Of a stretch of 64,000 nucleotides of DNA, positions 52,080-64,000 are shown one piece after another. The translations under genes and the position numbers were made by a program. Every line of letters begins with the position of its first letter. Positions within the stretch are counted from its first letter, which is position 1. Source of the DNA: Octopus sinensis (lineage: Eukaryota); assembly GCF_006345805.1 (NCBI RefSeq), contig NC_042997.1, forward strand, positions 63,488,001-63,552,000, given 5' to 3'. The notes under the pieces are model-generated. The model did no database searches. It was not told the DNA's origin and worked only from the letters and a program-made list of their open reading frames with translations.

Positions 52080-54120
52080 CTGCCAAGGAAGTGCTGAAGA
52101 TAACATAGCCTCAGTGCATGTCTGCGCATCAGCAGTCACGGCATTCCCAGTTATCAATTTTGCAGATGTTGACAGCAAATGGAGCGTCTGATCGGTTGAA
52201 CCCATCATTTCAACAGAAAGCGGAAGAGTATGCCTTCTAGTTTGGTCAGACGTTAACTTATGTAAGGCAAAACGTTCAGGCGGTAATATAATACAGAGTC
52301 GATATGGGAATTCACCACCCCCATACGGCATTTCAGAGATAGCTTTCTCTCGGCCCATGTCTGAGTGAGATTCGCTATACTGTTTGGCACATTTTCCCAG
52401 TTCTTCACCACATGCAAGCGGACCAGACCTGAAAACGCGCAATTTAACCAGTTCGTCAGCCCAGCCCCACAAGAGGTCATTGGACGCCATATTCTACTTC
52501 GCTAGATACCGAGCTGGCGGCCCAGTGTTTTTCTTGGTTAATTTTTATTTTTGTGAATGCATCGTATTATTTCAGTGCAGTGCGGATTAGGTAAAATTTC
52601 CTGTTCGAGACCATGACGTTTATATCGTCCACATATACTGACACGATTCTCCCACATTCTTGTTCGTGCTGGATGCTTCTCAAGGCCTCCAAGTTCTGCA
52701 ATAGCGACTATCGAACCAGTACATACAGAAGAGACGAGAACGGACACACTTGACGGACCGAGCGCATGACGCTGGTTGATCAGGGGCAAGCTTCTTTGTT
52801 CCTCCTATATACGATGCATCTCACGAGAAGGAGCTTGTCGTGGATAATTCTGCATGAGATGATGCGTGTGTGTGCAACATCAAACAGCTTCTCAACGACA
52901 GCGGCGTACTCTTTGCTTACGCTTTTGCCAAAATTTCGAAATCTGCGTTAAGCAGCTTTACGTATCTACAATTTTCTATTTTGTATCCTTTGTTTCGAAA
53001 CTTTTTGAACTCACAAGGATAGAAATTATTCCCGTTCTGATGCTAACATATAAAAAAGATCGTTGAGTAAACCAGCGAAAACCCACAGGCCATTTGCTCT
53101 CAATGCAACACACCATCGCATCCCGTATTTCCGTAGTTGTTATCGGCAACACTCTATCTCATTTGCGGAGAGTCATGGCATGCCTTCCAGGTAGGCACTG
53201 AAGTTCATTCTGCGTTACGGACTGTCATTCGTACCGAAGAGCTGAGTAAATTCCTGCAGAAATATCCTGCACATCTGCACAGCCTCGAATGTCATGCGTC
53301 CATCTTAGTTCACCAAATTGTAGATTTGTTGCCAAGTTGGGCATCTGTCACTCGCATTTCTCGAGCAACGTTTCTCCCCACTTTTTCTACTCCTGAATTT
53401 TACTCTAAATGTTCTTTTCAGTGTGAGTCACAGTTTATTTTTGATGATTAACAATATCAATGTCCTTGGTCTCTGGAAGCTTGGCACGCTGAGAGTGATG
53501 CTTTCAGCTTCCAGAAATCACGTCCCTGCCGGCAAAACCTACATAAATCGACCGAAGAGATCGCAATTTTGGTATCTGTATAGCGCATGATTTTGAAAAT
53601 GGACAACTTATGATTTCTTTATCTACTGGCTTACAGAGTAATCTATCTAGATACGATCTAGATGACGCGATGCAGTTTATACTTAACACAGACACATTCG
53701 GGAAACCCAGTTGTTCATGTTACATAATTGAAAGCGTTTGAGCAGGTTTGTGAGGCTTTCGCAATCTCTCTTCTAATATCTAGCATCCAGATGCCTGTAG
53801 ATATCGGACTGTCCTGCCCTTGTCGGAGTGTAAGTAGTCACCAGTCTGAAAACACTCCCGTTCACCAGCAGGGCCATCAACTAGCGATCTGGATTCAAGA
53901 AGATGCATATTATCTTGAGTTTCGGACCTTTCCGGAACAACACTGTAGGTCTACGCCCCTCTTTTCCCGGTAGGCATGCGGATGAGTAACTCTTATATCC
54001 ATCGAAAATGGGCTTGACAATGTATCGATTGGAAAGTCTGCTCTCACTGATAGCCACGACATCTACACTTAGTGAACTAAGGACATTGAATATGCAGCAT
54101 TGTTTCTAAGGCGACCCAAA
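52080..54120 (-). mobile_element. Second degenerate L1/Tx1-clade ORF2 (APE endonuclease, linker, RT)
   Basis: DVVAISESRL, SRSYLDRLLC, DFWKLKASL (APE); ITTTEIRDAM; SVRQVCPFSSLLYVL and YVDDINV (RT). Overlaps in protein coordinates with the 50222 copy, so these are two insertions. Confidence 0.75.
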
Positions 54121-54217
54121 CCTGTGTGCAGTTATACTGCCTATTTTGAGTAAGACCACCATGTTTGTTAGAGAGAAAGAGAATGAATGAGAATCATTTA
54201 CCCTATTCTCTATTGTA

Positions 54218-54551
54218 TTCTCTATTATATTAACACGAATCTATGTATAAAAACCTAGAATATTAGTGATCGAGTATGTGCCAATGTAACTAACGACAGT
54301 AATGAGCGAATATCTACAACTCCTTAGAGTATGCAAAGTTATTTTTTCACAAATATATCATGTTGTGTCAGGATGACTTACAAAATTCTCGACGAAATAG
54401 CGCAGCAAAGCTTGCACACAAGTAGCAAATATCAGCTTCTTGAGAAAACGATTATCGACACTACTCCAAAAAAAAAAAAAATCAACAAAAACGGAGTAAC
54501 ACCCACTCTTGCACAGAAATACTCATAAACAAGCATACATCTTTATTGATG
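54218..54551. repeat. ~330-bp dispersed repeat, copy 1 (possible Helitron 5' fragment)
   Basis: Direct, collinear, moderately diverged homologue at 57734-58069. Begins TCT(A/T)TTATATTAA. Confidence 0.75.
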
Positions 54552-55870
54552 GAGAGACATGTGTTCTGTCCTGACTATTTGTGTGTGTATCTCTGCAAGC
54601 ATTCTTTGCAATATATTTCTTTGCGATATTTTGCGTTAATTTATTTTTGTAATTTTGTGTTGTTTTAATAGTTTTTATGTGAATAGGGTTATGCATTCAT
54701 TTAAAGTAATATATCTGTGTTTTTGAATGTTTTGTTAAGTTCCTGTTATTTGTGACTATGGCCGTGTAATTGATGATGCCTTGAAAGTGATACTCATGAT
54801 GATAATCTGGATTGCTATGTGCTTTCGTTTGTTGAGGTGTTTGTAATTTTTGAAATGTCTATAATTGTATAAGTGTAGTGTGTGTGCATGTGAAATAGTT
54901 TGTTGGTTGCAATGTCTCTTCCTGTAACCTGTTCGATTTCAGTCTTGTACCTCGGGTTTCATTTTGCAATTTCCTTTGTTTTTAATATTATCAGGATCCA
55001 TTCTGATGATTTTCTCAAACTCGTGTGGCAGGGAGGAAAGATTTGTCTCCAACGTAGTGCATTTCTAAGCTTCCCAGGAAAATCCCTCAGGTTGACTGGT
55101 CCAGGTGAGACTGCTCTCGGTTGTGATGGTGCAGGTGATGGTATTCTTTTGTTTCGGATGTGGTATCGGTCCTTGCTGCTGATGATGTTCAATGTGTATC
55201 TTCTGTTGTTTTGGATGTTATTGCACTTGACATTGATGCTATTGGTGCTGTTGTTCCCGGTAATTTTGCTTGTGCTGCTGTTACTTTTGATGCTGCTGTT
55301 GTGTTAAAGATGTCTACATTAGCATAGTTTTCCTTTTATTTGTAAGGGACAGGAAAGCTTTAAGTCGTTTGTCTCGCCACAAATGTGGTATCTGGTCTTT
55401 CTGCCTTCCACTGTTAAGAATAATTGTGTACTACTGAGAGACGATGAACAGGTCAGAGTTAACATTAATACCCTAAACCGGCGTGGATCCATAATTCCAT
55501 TCCCATGTCTCACCAATTTTCTTTTCCAATTTTGTGCATTTGGAGAATTATTATCTTATTCACTGTACAGTATAATACGGTTGTATGACTTGAACCTCTG
55601 CTACCGTTATTTCAAACACTCTCTGACTTAGCTGTGTCGGAATTAACCACAATACGTCACTCGTTAGGGTTGCTGTTGCAGTTTCTTTGGCTTCTTCTTT
55701 ATTTGGGAATCTCATCTCAACTGTGAGTGTCTCCTAGGGGAAATATGTTTTTATCCCCAGACTGATCTTAGGCATTTTTCAATCTGGATCTGAGTCAATC
55801 ACTCCACTCTCCTGGTTTTTGTTGAAATAAATTTGTATATATTAATTGTTTTTTTGTGTGTGTTTCATCT
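54552..55870 (-). mobile_element. Decayed L1/Tx1-type ORF1-like element
   Basis: FLTVEGRKTRYHICGETNDLKLSCP is a decayed EGR..RCxxC....H....CP knuckle like that at ~18720. It is followed by Pro/Gln-rich sequence and an AT-rich UTR. Confidence 0.5.
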
Positions 55871-56778
55871 AGCGTATTTAGAAATACTTTGCTAAGTATC
55901 GTTTGATGTCAACGATTTTCTGACGCGTCAACTTTCTCCATTCGACGACACACTTGTACAACGTCTCCGTTGGTGGTGGAAGAGGTTATGGTGATGGTGA
56001 TGGTGATGGTGATGGTCGAAGGTAGTGAATGTCGTACTCATTTCATTATTAATTTTGTCATGCTCGTCACAGCTGTCCCTGCCTCTGTTGCTGTTGTTGG
56101 TGGTGGTATCTGTGATTTGTCTCTCGACCATGTTTATTTAGGGCGGAAAAATAATGTCAAAATGGCTGTTCAACAGCCATCACTCCTTAGTTTTAGGAAG
56201 CCATATTATTTGTTTTGAAATATCAACTTTTGAATTTTTCCCCTCAAAATTCGCCTTTAGTGGGCAAACTTTTTCGTCAGACCACCTCACTATAAGCAAA
56301 ACGGGTTGGATTATATAGTAAACAGTCCAACAAAAATTCGAATGATAAATAATAAAACAGTAATTTGTAATGAAACTAACAAGGGTTCCCAAACATAACA
56401 ATTAACATAAACAATTAAAACAACTACAACAAGTAAAATAAGAGAATATATTTTGATCTTTCAAACACTCAAAACCTAAATATTACAAAAATGAAGAATG
56501 TAAAATCGTTTATTTTTATTATTTTATATTATATTTACGACAGTGATCTAATATGACGCGTAAAGAATTACCAGAGCTCATATCAAAACAACAACAGATC
56601 GACCCCGTCTTGCAGCAATAAGATTTATCAATAAACAACAATAAATTTTAAAAAAATACTTTTGAAAACTGTATTCAGGGAAATGCGTACTTTAAATCTA
56701 AAGCAGAAAAATAGACTGAAAACTTGGAATTTAACTCTCAATATCGCTAGAATCAAAATTAAATACTGTGTAAATAAT

Positions 56779-56968
56779 CCTTTTGGAGGATGGACTAGTC
56801 GATTACATCGACCCCAGTGATTCACTGGTACTAAATTACCAGTAGATAAAAGGCAAAAGATGAAAGGCAAAGTTGGCCTTGGCGGAATTTGAATTCAGAA
56901 GGTAGCAGCAGACGATATACCGCTAAGCATTTCGGCCAGCATGCTAACGATTCAGCTAGCTCGCCGCC
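56779..56968 (-). mobile_element. SINE family A
   Basis: Ends CTAGCTCGCCGCC; body homologous to the 24736 copy. Confidence 0.78.
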
Positions 56969-57469
56969 TGGGGTTACAATCTAAATAATGGAACATACAT
57001 CCTTACGTTTTTCGAACAAGGAAAAAAGACATCAATAGCGTCATATATATATATATATATTTATTCGAATGTATATTTTACTATCACACTCTATCAAAAT
57101 ATAAATTGGGAAAATATATTCATATAAAATGCGGTGAGTAATTAAACGCCATCCTAAACATAACGCTTACCCGCAAGATATTTTGACTTTTCTTTCCATA
57201 TATAAAATGAATCACGCAGCTTATTAAAACCTTTTCATTTGATGAATTCATAATTAACTTTCGTGTATATTTGAATGGCAGAAACATGTTTGGGGAATTG
57301 GATATTGATGTTAGTTGTGCTCTTGTTAAATAACTATACTTTTCTATAGCATCATTCCTTTGTATCTGGAAGTCATATAAATTCTTCACACTGTATAAAG
57401 GCGTAACAAATGACAACGATCTGCGGATGAACCACCACATTAACAAAGCCACCGTCAACATTCATACCG

Positions 57470-57502
57470 TTGATGTTGTTGTTGTTGTTGTTGTTGTTGA
57501 TT

Positions 57503-57542
<40 letters not shown>

Positions 57543-57560
57543 CGACGATGGTGATGATGG
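57470..57560. repeat. Compound (GTT)n/(GAT)n/(GAC)n microsatellite
   Basis: Directly visible. Confidence 0.93.
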
Positions 57561-57733
57561 TGATGAAAAAACGACGACGTCAACGACATCGACGATGATA
57601 AGGACGAGGAATACGAAGAAAACATCGATAACAACAATGGCAATCTGATCAGCAATAGCGACCGCAAAATTTCAATAATGTGTTCAATATTTCCGGTGAT
57701 TTGAATACCACGCATATGTAAGGGGGGGGGGAA

Positions 57734-58069
57734 TTCTCTTTTATATTAACACGAATCTATGTATAAAAATCTAGAATATTAGTGATCGAGTATGTGTCAA
57801 TGTAACTAACTATAAGTAATGAGCGAAATATCTACAACTCCTTAGAATTTGGAAAGTTATTTTTTCACAAATATATCATGTTGTGTCAGGATGACTTACA
57901 AAATACTCGACGAAATAGTGTAGCAAAGCTGGCACACAAGTAGCAAATATCAGCTTCTTGAGAAAACGATTATCGACACTACTCAAAAAAATTCAACATT
58001 ACCTTAAAATGGAGTTCTACCCACTCTTGCACAGAAGTACTCATAAACAAGCATACATCTTTATCGATG
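57734..58069. repeat. ~330-bp dispersed repeat, copy 2
   Basis: See 54218-54551. Confidence 0.75.
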
Positions 58070-58392
58070 AATGTATATATGTACTGCATAGGTATAAGTA
58101 TATATGTATGTAAGTATGTATGTATGTATGTATGTATGTATTTATGCATGTATGCATGTATGTATGTATGTATGTATCTATCTATCTATATATATATGTA
58201 TATATATATATGTGTGCGTGTGTGTGCGTGCGCGTGCATGTGTATAGATAAATAAATAAAAAATACACATTCATTACAGAACATCACCAACAAGTGAAAT
58301 ATGCGTAAACACACGAGAGATAAGTACAGAACAAAATACCTAAAGAAGATAAAGCTTCGTCAGTTATCCACTGTTTTACTACTCCCTATTTT

Positions 58393-58477
<85 letters not shown>

Positions 58478-58561
58478 AATCATATGACTATTTAATTTTT
58501 TCCCACTAGGCCGCTGGGGGCAAAAGAATTCTACAAAATTTTTTTTGCCTCCCTATATTGA

Positions 58562-58599
<38 letters not shown>

Positions 58600-58807
58600 G
58601 CGCACTTATATACATAGATACATATATATGTGTGTGTGCGCGGGCCTGCATGTGTGTGTGCATGCATGTGTGTGTGTTTATGTGTGATATGTATGTACGT
58701 AAATATCCCACGGTGTTGACTTTAGCAGAGAGAGAACTCTATTAATCTGTACTGGCATTGTGAATATTAATAATACATTTTAAAATTTTATCTATGTATC
58801 TCACACG

Positions 58808-58848
<41 letters not shown>

Positions 58849-59595
58849 CCTTTACGCACCCACCCACACACTTACACATACTCACATCCACACACAAACA
58901 CACATACATACACACGTATATTTTGTACTTTTTTCGAGTGAGCACAAAATTCTAGTCTCCCCATATGTAATATACTTGAAAATATTTTTAGCAATAAAAG
59001 AGCAGATTACAAGTCTATACTTACTGAAAATAGTGCTTCTCTTAAGTAACTTATCGAAGCGATGCGACTAAAATTTTTCTTCTACATCATTCAGTGACCA
59101 GCCGCTTGTAAAACAAGGATTAAATTAGTGTTAATATATTTAACGCGGAGAGCATTAAAACGGCTTTTTATAATTATTCTCTAAGCTAATTACTTTTCAC
59201 TGAGTTATACGTTTTCTAAATAACTTAATTTTTCTTCTTCAATGAACGTACAATATTGAACGTTTCTTAAGTGATTACTTCCTTCCTACATCAGCAAGAA
59301 TATTGAGGGTTACGCACCGATGATGATGTCAGAATAGATTGTAACATAACCAAAATCTTCAGATCATTTCTCAAATAGAGACATAATTGAGAATAGAAAT
59401 GTGTAATCACCAATACTAACCTCCACTGCTTTCAGAAAATGTGGCACAATTATAAACAAATTGGTTATAGCTGAGTGAATGTAGTAAGAAGCAACTGTTA
59501 ATAGACAAGTGAAATATCGCGGGTATTTTATCGGATACTGAAGGAGGAAAGGTTTAAATATGTGATTCGAGAAAGAGTAACTGAATGATAAATAT

Positions 59596-59694
59596 TGTTT
59601 TCAAATTTTGGCACAAGGCCAACAAACTTCGGAGGTGAGGGTAAAACGATTACATTGACTCAGTGATCAAACTGGTTTTTATTTCATCGACCCC
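59596..59694 (-). mobile_element. SINE family A, 3' fragment
   Basis: TTTCAAATTTTGGCACAAGGCC...CGATTACATTGAC..TCGACCCC, as at 7961. Confidence 0.65.
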
Positions 59695-60384
59695 TGTATG
59701 GCCTTTCGTCTGAAACTGTATAACTGTTAGTCAGCAAATTCGGATAGACGTTAGTGTAAGGAATAATGCTTTGCAGTATTTTTGCGGTTCTCTATACTGT
59801 GTTTCAAATCTCGCAGTGGCCATATGTGCTTTTCATTTCTTTTTATTTTGACTTAGCGGTCCAGGAATGTCAATGGAAGGGATAATTCGCATTTCAGAGG
59901 TGACTTAATCCGTTACTAAATTTAACACTACTTCATGCTTCTTGCTCCTTCTTTAGCGGTTGAACTCAACCGGGAAAAGTATTTTGTTTGACGATAGTTT
60001 CCTCTCTAAGACTATCATCCTGCTCTCAGAGGCCTTGAAAATTAAAGGGATTGTGGTACTGTTCTTAGTCACAACCCAACTCAAGAATATTCCCCTTTAT
60101 AAATTCAGGGACAATGCAACCTATAATCAGCGCAGTAGCAAATAATCATATTTTATCGCAAAACGTAAACCTCTTTTGAATGCTTCCACAACACATAACT
60201 CTATTATAAGGAATTTAGAATAATATCCACCCAAATATTATAAACGATAGTTATATTAAGAAGACTCGCTACCCATGAATTTATTAAGAAAAGTTCCTGG
60301 AACTACTACTACAATCGCAAGATATCACTTTTAGGTCACTTGACCACTAAAGAATATTCCACAGTCTACTACTGTGTCATAACA

Positions 60385-60651
60385 CATTTTCTTTTCTTCT
60401 TCCTTTTCTTTTCCTGCTCCTCCTGCTCCCCTCCTCCTCCTTTTCTCTTCTTCTTCTTCTTCTTCTCTTCTTCTTCTTCTTCTTCTTCTTCTTCTTCTTC
60501 TTCTACTACTACTCCTCCTTCTCCTTCGCTGTCTCCTACCTCGGCTACTCCAGCTTAAGCCATCAAATTTTAGAATCAATATTTCTCTGAACCCCTAAAC
60601 ACTGTTTCTTCAGAGCTGCTACTACTTACCGAGCCTTCACTAATGAAGAGA

Positions 60652-60748
<97 letters not shown>
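60385..60748. repeat. (TTC)/(CTC) tract (60385-60525) and long (AG)n (60645-60748)
   Basis: Directly visible. Confidence 0.92.
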
Positions 60749-60750
<2 letters not shown>

Positions 60751-60904
60751 TTTCCTACCTATCTCAAGACTATGGAAATATTTACAAATTATTTCATTTA
60801 ATTTTTTCTTCAATTTAATTGTTTTTCCTTTTAATTTTGTTTTATCCCTAGTTGAAAAAGTCGAAGAGACTGGAACCGGTACATTTTCTACCTTGTGTTA
60901 TTTT

Positions 60905-60949
<45 letters not shown>

Positions 60950-60978
60950 ATACATAAATTCATACATACATACATACA

Positions 60979-61064
<86 letters not shown>

Positions 61065-61406
61065 CAAACCAAAAAAAGCAACGATCGTAATGCAGTACGA
61101 GAGTTTCATGCAACTCCATTTAATTGAACAAGGCAATTTAAAATGTAGAGCAATCTTCAGCTGCACAACGACATAGAATTTAATTAAATTAGAACAGATG
61201 AACACATTAGTATAATTATACCTAAAATCTCCAAGACGTTAAGGAGATAGACAAATAACATGTCTCTACTTCAGCATAGAACTTCTATGCTGCATTACCT
61301 CTGGATATCCTTGTTGCTTATTTTGATTTTAATTACCTTACTTTGAAATTGTATGGATAATACCGTACTAAATTCTGGTGTCGCAACTTAAGCGCTATAA
61401 TCATCC

Positions 61407-61487
<81 letters not shown>

Positions 61488-61582
61488 CACATAAATGTGA
61501 AACAAGGTGGAGAAAAGAGTACTCAAATACCAGTGGTAGAGTAATATTCTTTATTCAAAAGCAGCAGAAAATTCAACAAAAC

Positions 61583-61620
61583 CTGTTACTCTGAGTTTCA
61601 CGTTCCCGTTCGTCGGACAG
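61583..61620 (-). ncRNA. Minimal type-I hammerhead-like motif with a U4C core variant, in a ~155-bp (TA)n-embedded element
   Basis: CUGU-CCGACGA-ACG-GGAA-CGU-GAAA-CUCAGAG-UA-ACAG. Stem I is 4 bp (extendable), stem II is closed by a GNRA loop, and the triplet is GUA. Confidence 0.55.
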
Positions 61621-61646
61621 TTTTTGCTAGAATAAAACCGATATAT

Positions 61647-61686
<40 letters not shown>

Positions 61687-62189
61687 CTAGATGCATTCAC
61701 ACTTGCTTTAATTATTAGTTCCATAATTTAAGTAAATGACTTCAGCCAGGGATTAAATTAAGCAAATAAGTAGCAACCCCGTATCTGCTCCATATTCTGA
61801 AACTAATAGTCAAGCTATTCTCAAATAAAACATCACCCACGTCAAATGAAAAGTGTCTGTTTTTATAATGTAGTACTATAATATTCTGAAAAGACAAGAA
61901 GGTCATTTTGACCATAGGTTTCTTGACCAAGATCTAAATGAGAGTGAATATTAACAGCGATCAGCACTTTAGAATATGCAAAACGAGCCAGTCCGTTACG
62001 GACATCAATTTTAGATATATCTGATTGATATGAGAATATTCAGTGGTTCGCTTAATCACTTAAAAATAGAAGTTAAAACCTACTCATTCTGCCGTCTAAC
62101 AAAAATATGACATTGAATAAAATAGATTTATTTATACTATATATGAAACAAAGGCATGAGATTATGAACAGTACAAATGTTATAATACA

Positions 62190-62582
62190 CTAGCAGTATC
62201 GCCCGGCGTTGCTCGGGTTTTAAGGGAAATAACTATATAAGCATTTTTAGAGAGTTATAGCCAAAAAATAGCAAAAAATTGCATTAAAAATTGAAAAAAA
62301 ATTAAGGTAAATTTTTTTTAAACGTTGACACATCGTAGATATTTTTAGAGAGTTACTTCCCTTATATAAAAGCGAAAAAAATGCATTAAAATGGAAAAAT
62401 ATGATGGTAAATTTTTTTAAAATCGTAGACTCATCGTAGACGCACGCTAATACCCAGAATGGCTCGATATGAATCACGACTATAAGATACCCGCTTTTGG
62501 TTAAACTGCACCGCAAAATGTGGGAGTAGTTAGGAATCTAAATCGTAGGAGACAGACACACAACTTCACTCTTATATAAAGA
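62190..62582 (-). mobile_element. Non-autonomous Helitron (5' type A, 3' type X)
   Basis: Reverse complement of the 16133 element plus a short internal duplication. A|TC and CTAG|T ends. Confidence 0.85.
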
Positions 62583-62619
62583 TGCTTTTTTTTTCAGTCA
62601 TAGAGTTAGATTTATGAAG

Positions 62620-62911
62620 GTCTTCAGTAGAAAATCCTTCGAATTCTGACTCGCTGCTTGATATAATGAAATTCGTATCCATTTTTTGTCAGAATTACAA
62701 ATTTTGAAAACACAATAGGAACAAATTTCGGAAAAAAATCTCCCATAATTCACGGAATTAAAATTACACTTCGATTTTTGTACAAAACTGTATTTGAAGT
62801 GTTTACGAAGTATAATACGTGTTTTCACGAATGTACTAAAGAGATTTGCTCTGATATTCTCATTTAAATATGAATAGGTAAATTCGGGCGGCTTGGTAAC
62901 GAAAGGGTTAA
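62620..62911 (-). mobile_element. Possible piggyBac-like MITE end
   Basis: The minus strand begins TTAA-CCCTTTCGTTACC (TTAA target plus CCC terminus). The other end was not found. Confidence 0.35.
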
Positions 62912-64000
62912 ACGGATGCATACATTTATTAATCTCTTATTATAATAACTATATATAAGTGTCGTCTGTTTATACATAAACACTGTTTCATACTGCAATT
63001 ATATATACATATATCTATATATAATATTATATAATAAAATATATACAGAGTAAAATAAAAACCAATTTACCTTTTCTGTCCGTCCGTGTGTCTTTGCAAA
63101 TGTGTTGGAATGATAAGTGATTTGTGTTTTGGCGCCTTTTTTAATAACAAAGACACACGTGTTTGTATGTAGTTGTATGTGTATGTAGTTGTATGTAGTT
63201 GTATATGTATGTGTATGCGTGTGTGTGAGGAATGACACACACACACTCACGCACGCACACATGTACATCAATGCTTTCGGAATGATATGTTAAAATATTG
63301 AGTTTTCTCGAATTTTGTCTTAATTGGTGGTAAAATTGAAAGAATTTTTTATGGCATCACCCACTGAAGTACTCTGAAAAATCATGGGTACGCTCTAATT
63401 GAAGAAATTGTGTGAGGAGTAAATCGTTATGTATTTATTTGTTTCTGTTTGCTGTGTTTTTTTATTTTTTGAGTAGTGGTTTAAATACTTTCAGTTTAGT
63501 CTTCCTCAAATCACTCTGTCGCTATTTACTTTCATTTTATTCGTTGCACACTGTGTGTGTGCGTTTGCGTGTGGTGTAAACCAGACTAAGAAAAGCATTT
63601 GACACACACACCAGAATGTGAGTTTTCTGTAAATTTTGCTTAATTGGAGTTTAAATTTTAAAAACTGGACCTGGAATGACCCGATGCATTCTACTCTTAA
63701 AAATGCTAGGTAAATTGTAATTGAAGAAATCCTATATTGTAGATTTCTATAACTCCCAAAGGGAGGCAGATAAAATCTGCCTTTTATAATAAGAGATACA
63801 TGCGTACACACACACACATTTCTCCAGGGCAGACATGAATTTAAAGGAAATAAATATTACGGAAAAAATTTACATTTGTCCAAATGTTTTATAATATCGT
63901 GTCTTATAGCATCTATCTCTGAAGGTACATTGTACGTTCAAGTATGAAATTGGATTTGTGTGTTAAAGAAGTACTTCATATTTCTCCTATATCCTCATGC

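Noticed and set aside
54218-58069. LTR retrotransposon bounded by the two 330-bp direct repeats
   Set aside because: No TG...CA termini, PBS, PPT, TSD or pol remnants. The repeats start like Helitron 5' ends and are better explained as independent copies.
58340-58365. Hammerhead at CTGACGAAGC (minus strand)
   Set aside because: The second half of the core is absent.
63495-63617. Plus-strand exon ending AAT|GTGAGT
   Set aside because: Stops in all three frames. It could only be UTR, and nothing else supports it.

Overview
AT-rich eukaryotic DNA dominated by microsatellites and transposable elements. The repeat families resemble octopus genomic repeats; this is my inference from pattern recall, not a database result. 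No host protein-coding gene could be supported, and almost all short ORFs in the track are microsatellite translations or antisense frames of TE sequence. The identifiable content is: (i) five R4/Dong-type RLE LINE fragments, one with an uninterrupted 518-aa RT-C/zinc-knuckle/RLE frame, several joined to (TAA)n arrays; (ii) a ~530-bp non-coding element found only inside (TAA)n arrays; (iii) L1/Tx1-type ORF2 fragments, two embedded in (CTAT)n, plus two ORF1-only candidates; (iv) two CR1-group RT fragments, a mariner fossil, a Penelope-like RT/GIY-YIG fossil and four non-autonomous Helitrons, one of them chimeric; (v) at least four tRNA-headed SINE families. The most interesting signals are several minimal type-I hammerhead ribozyme motifs, two of them in (TA)n-embedded elements; two SINE/LINE pairs with shared 3' tails, one with a compensatory stem change; and a 100%-identical 323-bp inverted repeat 2.7 kb apart. 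Coordinates of degenerate elements are approximate.
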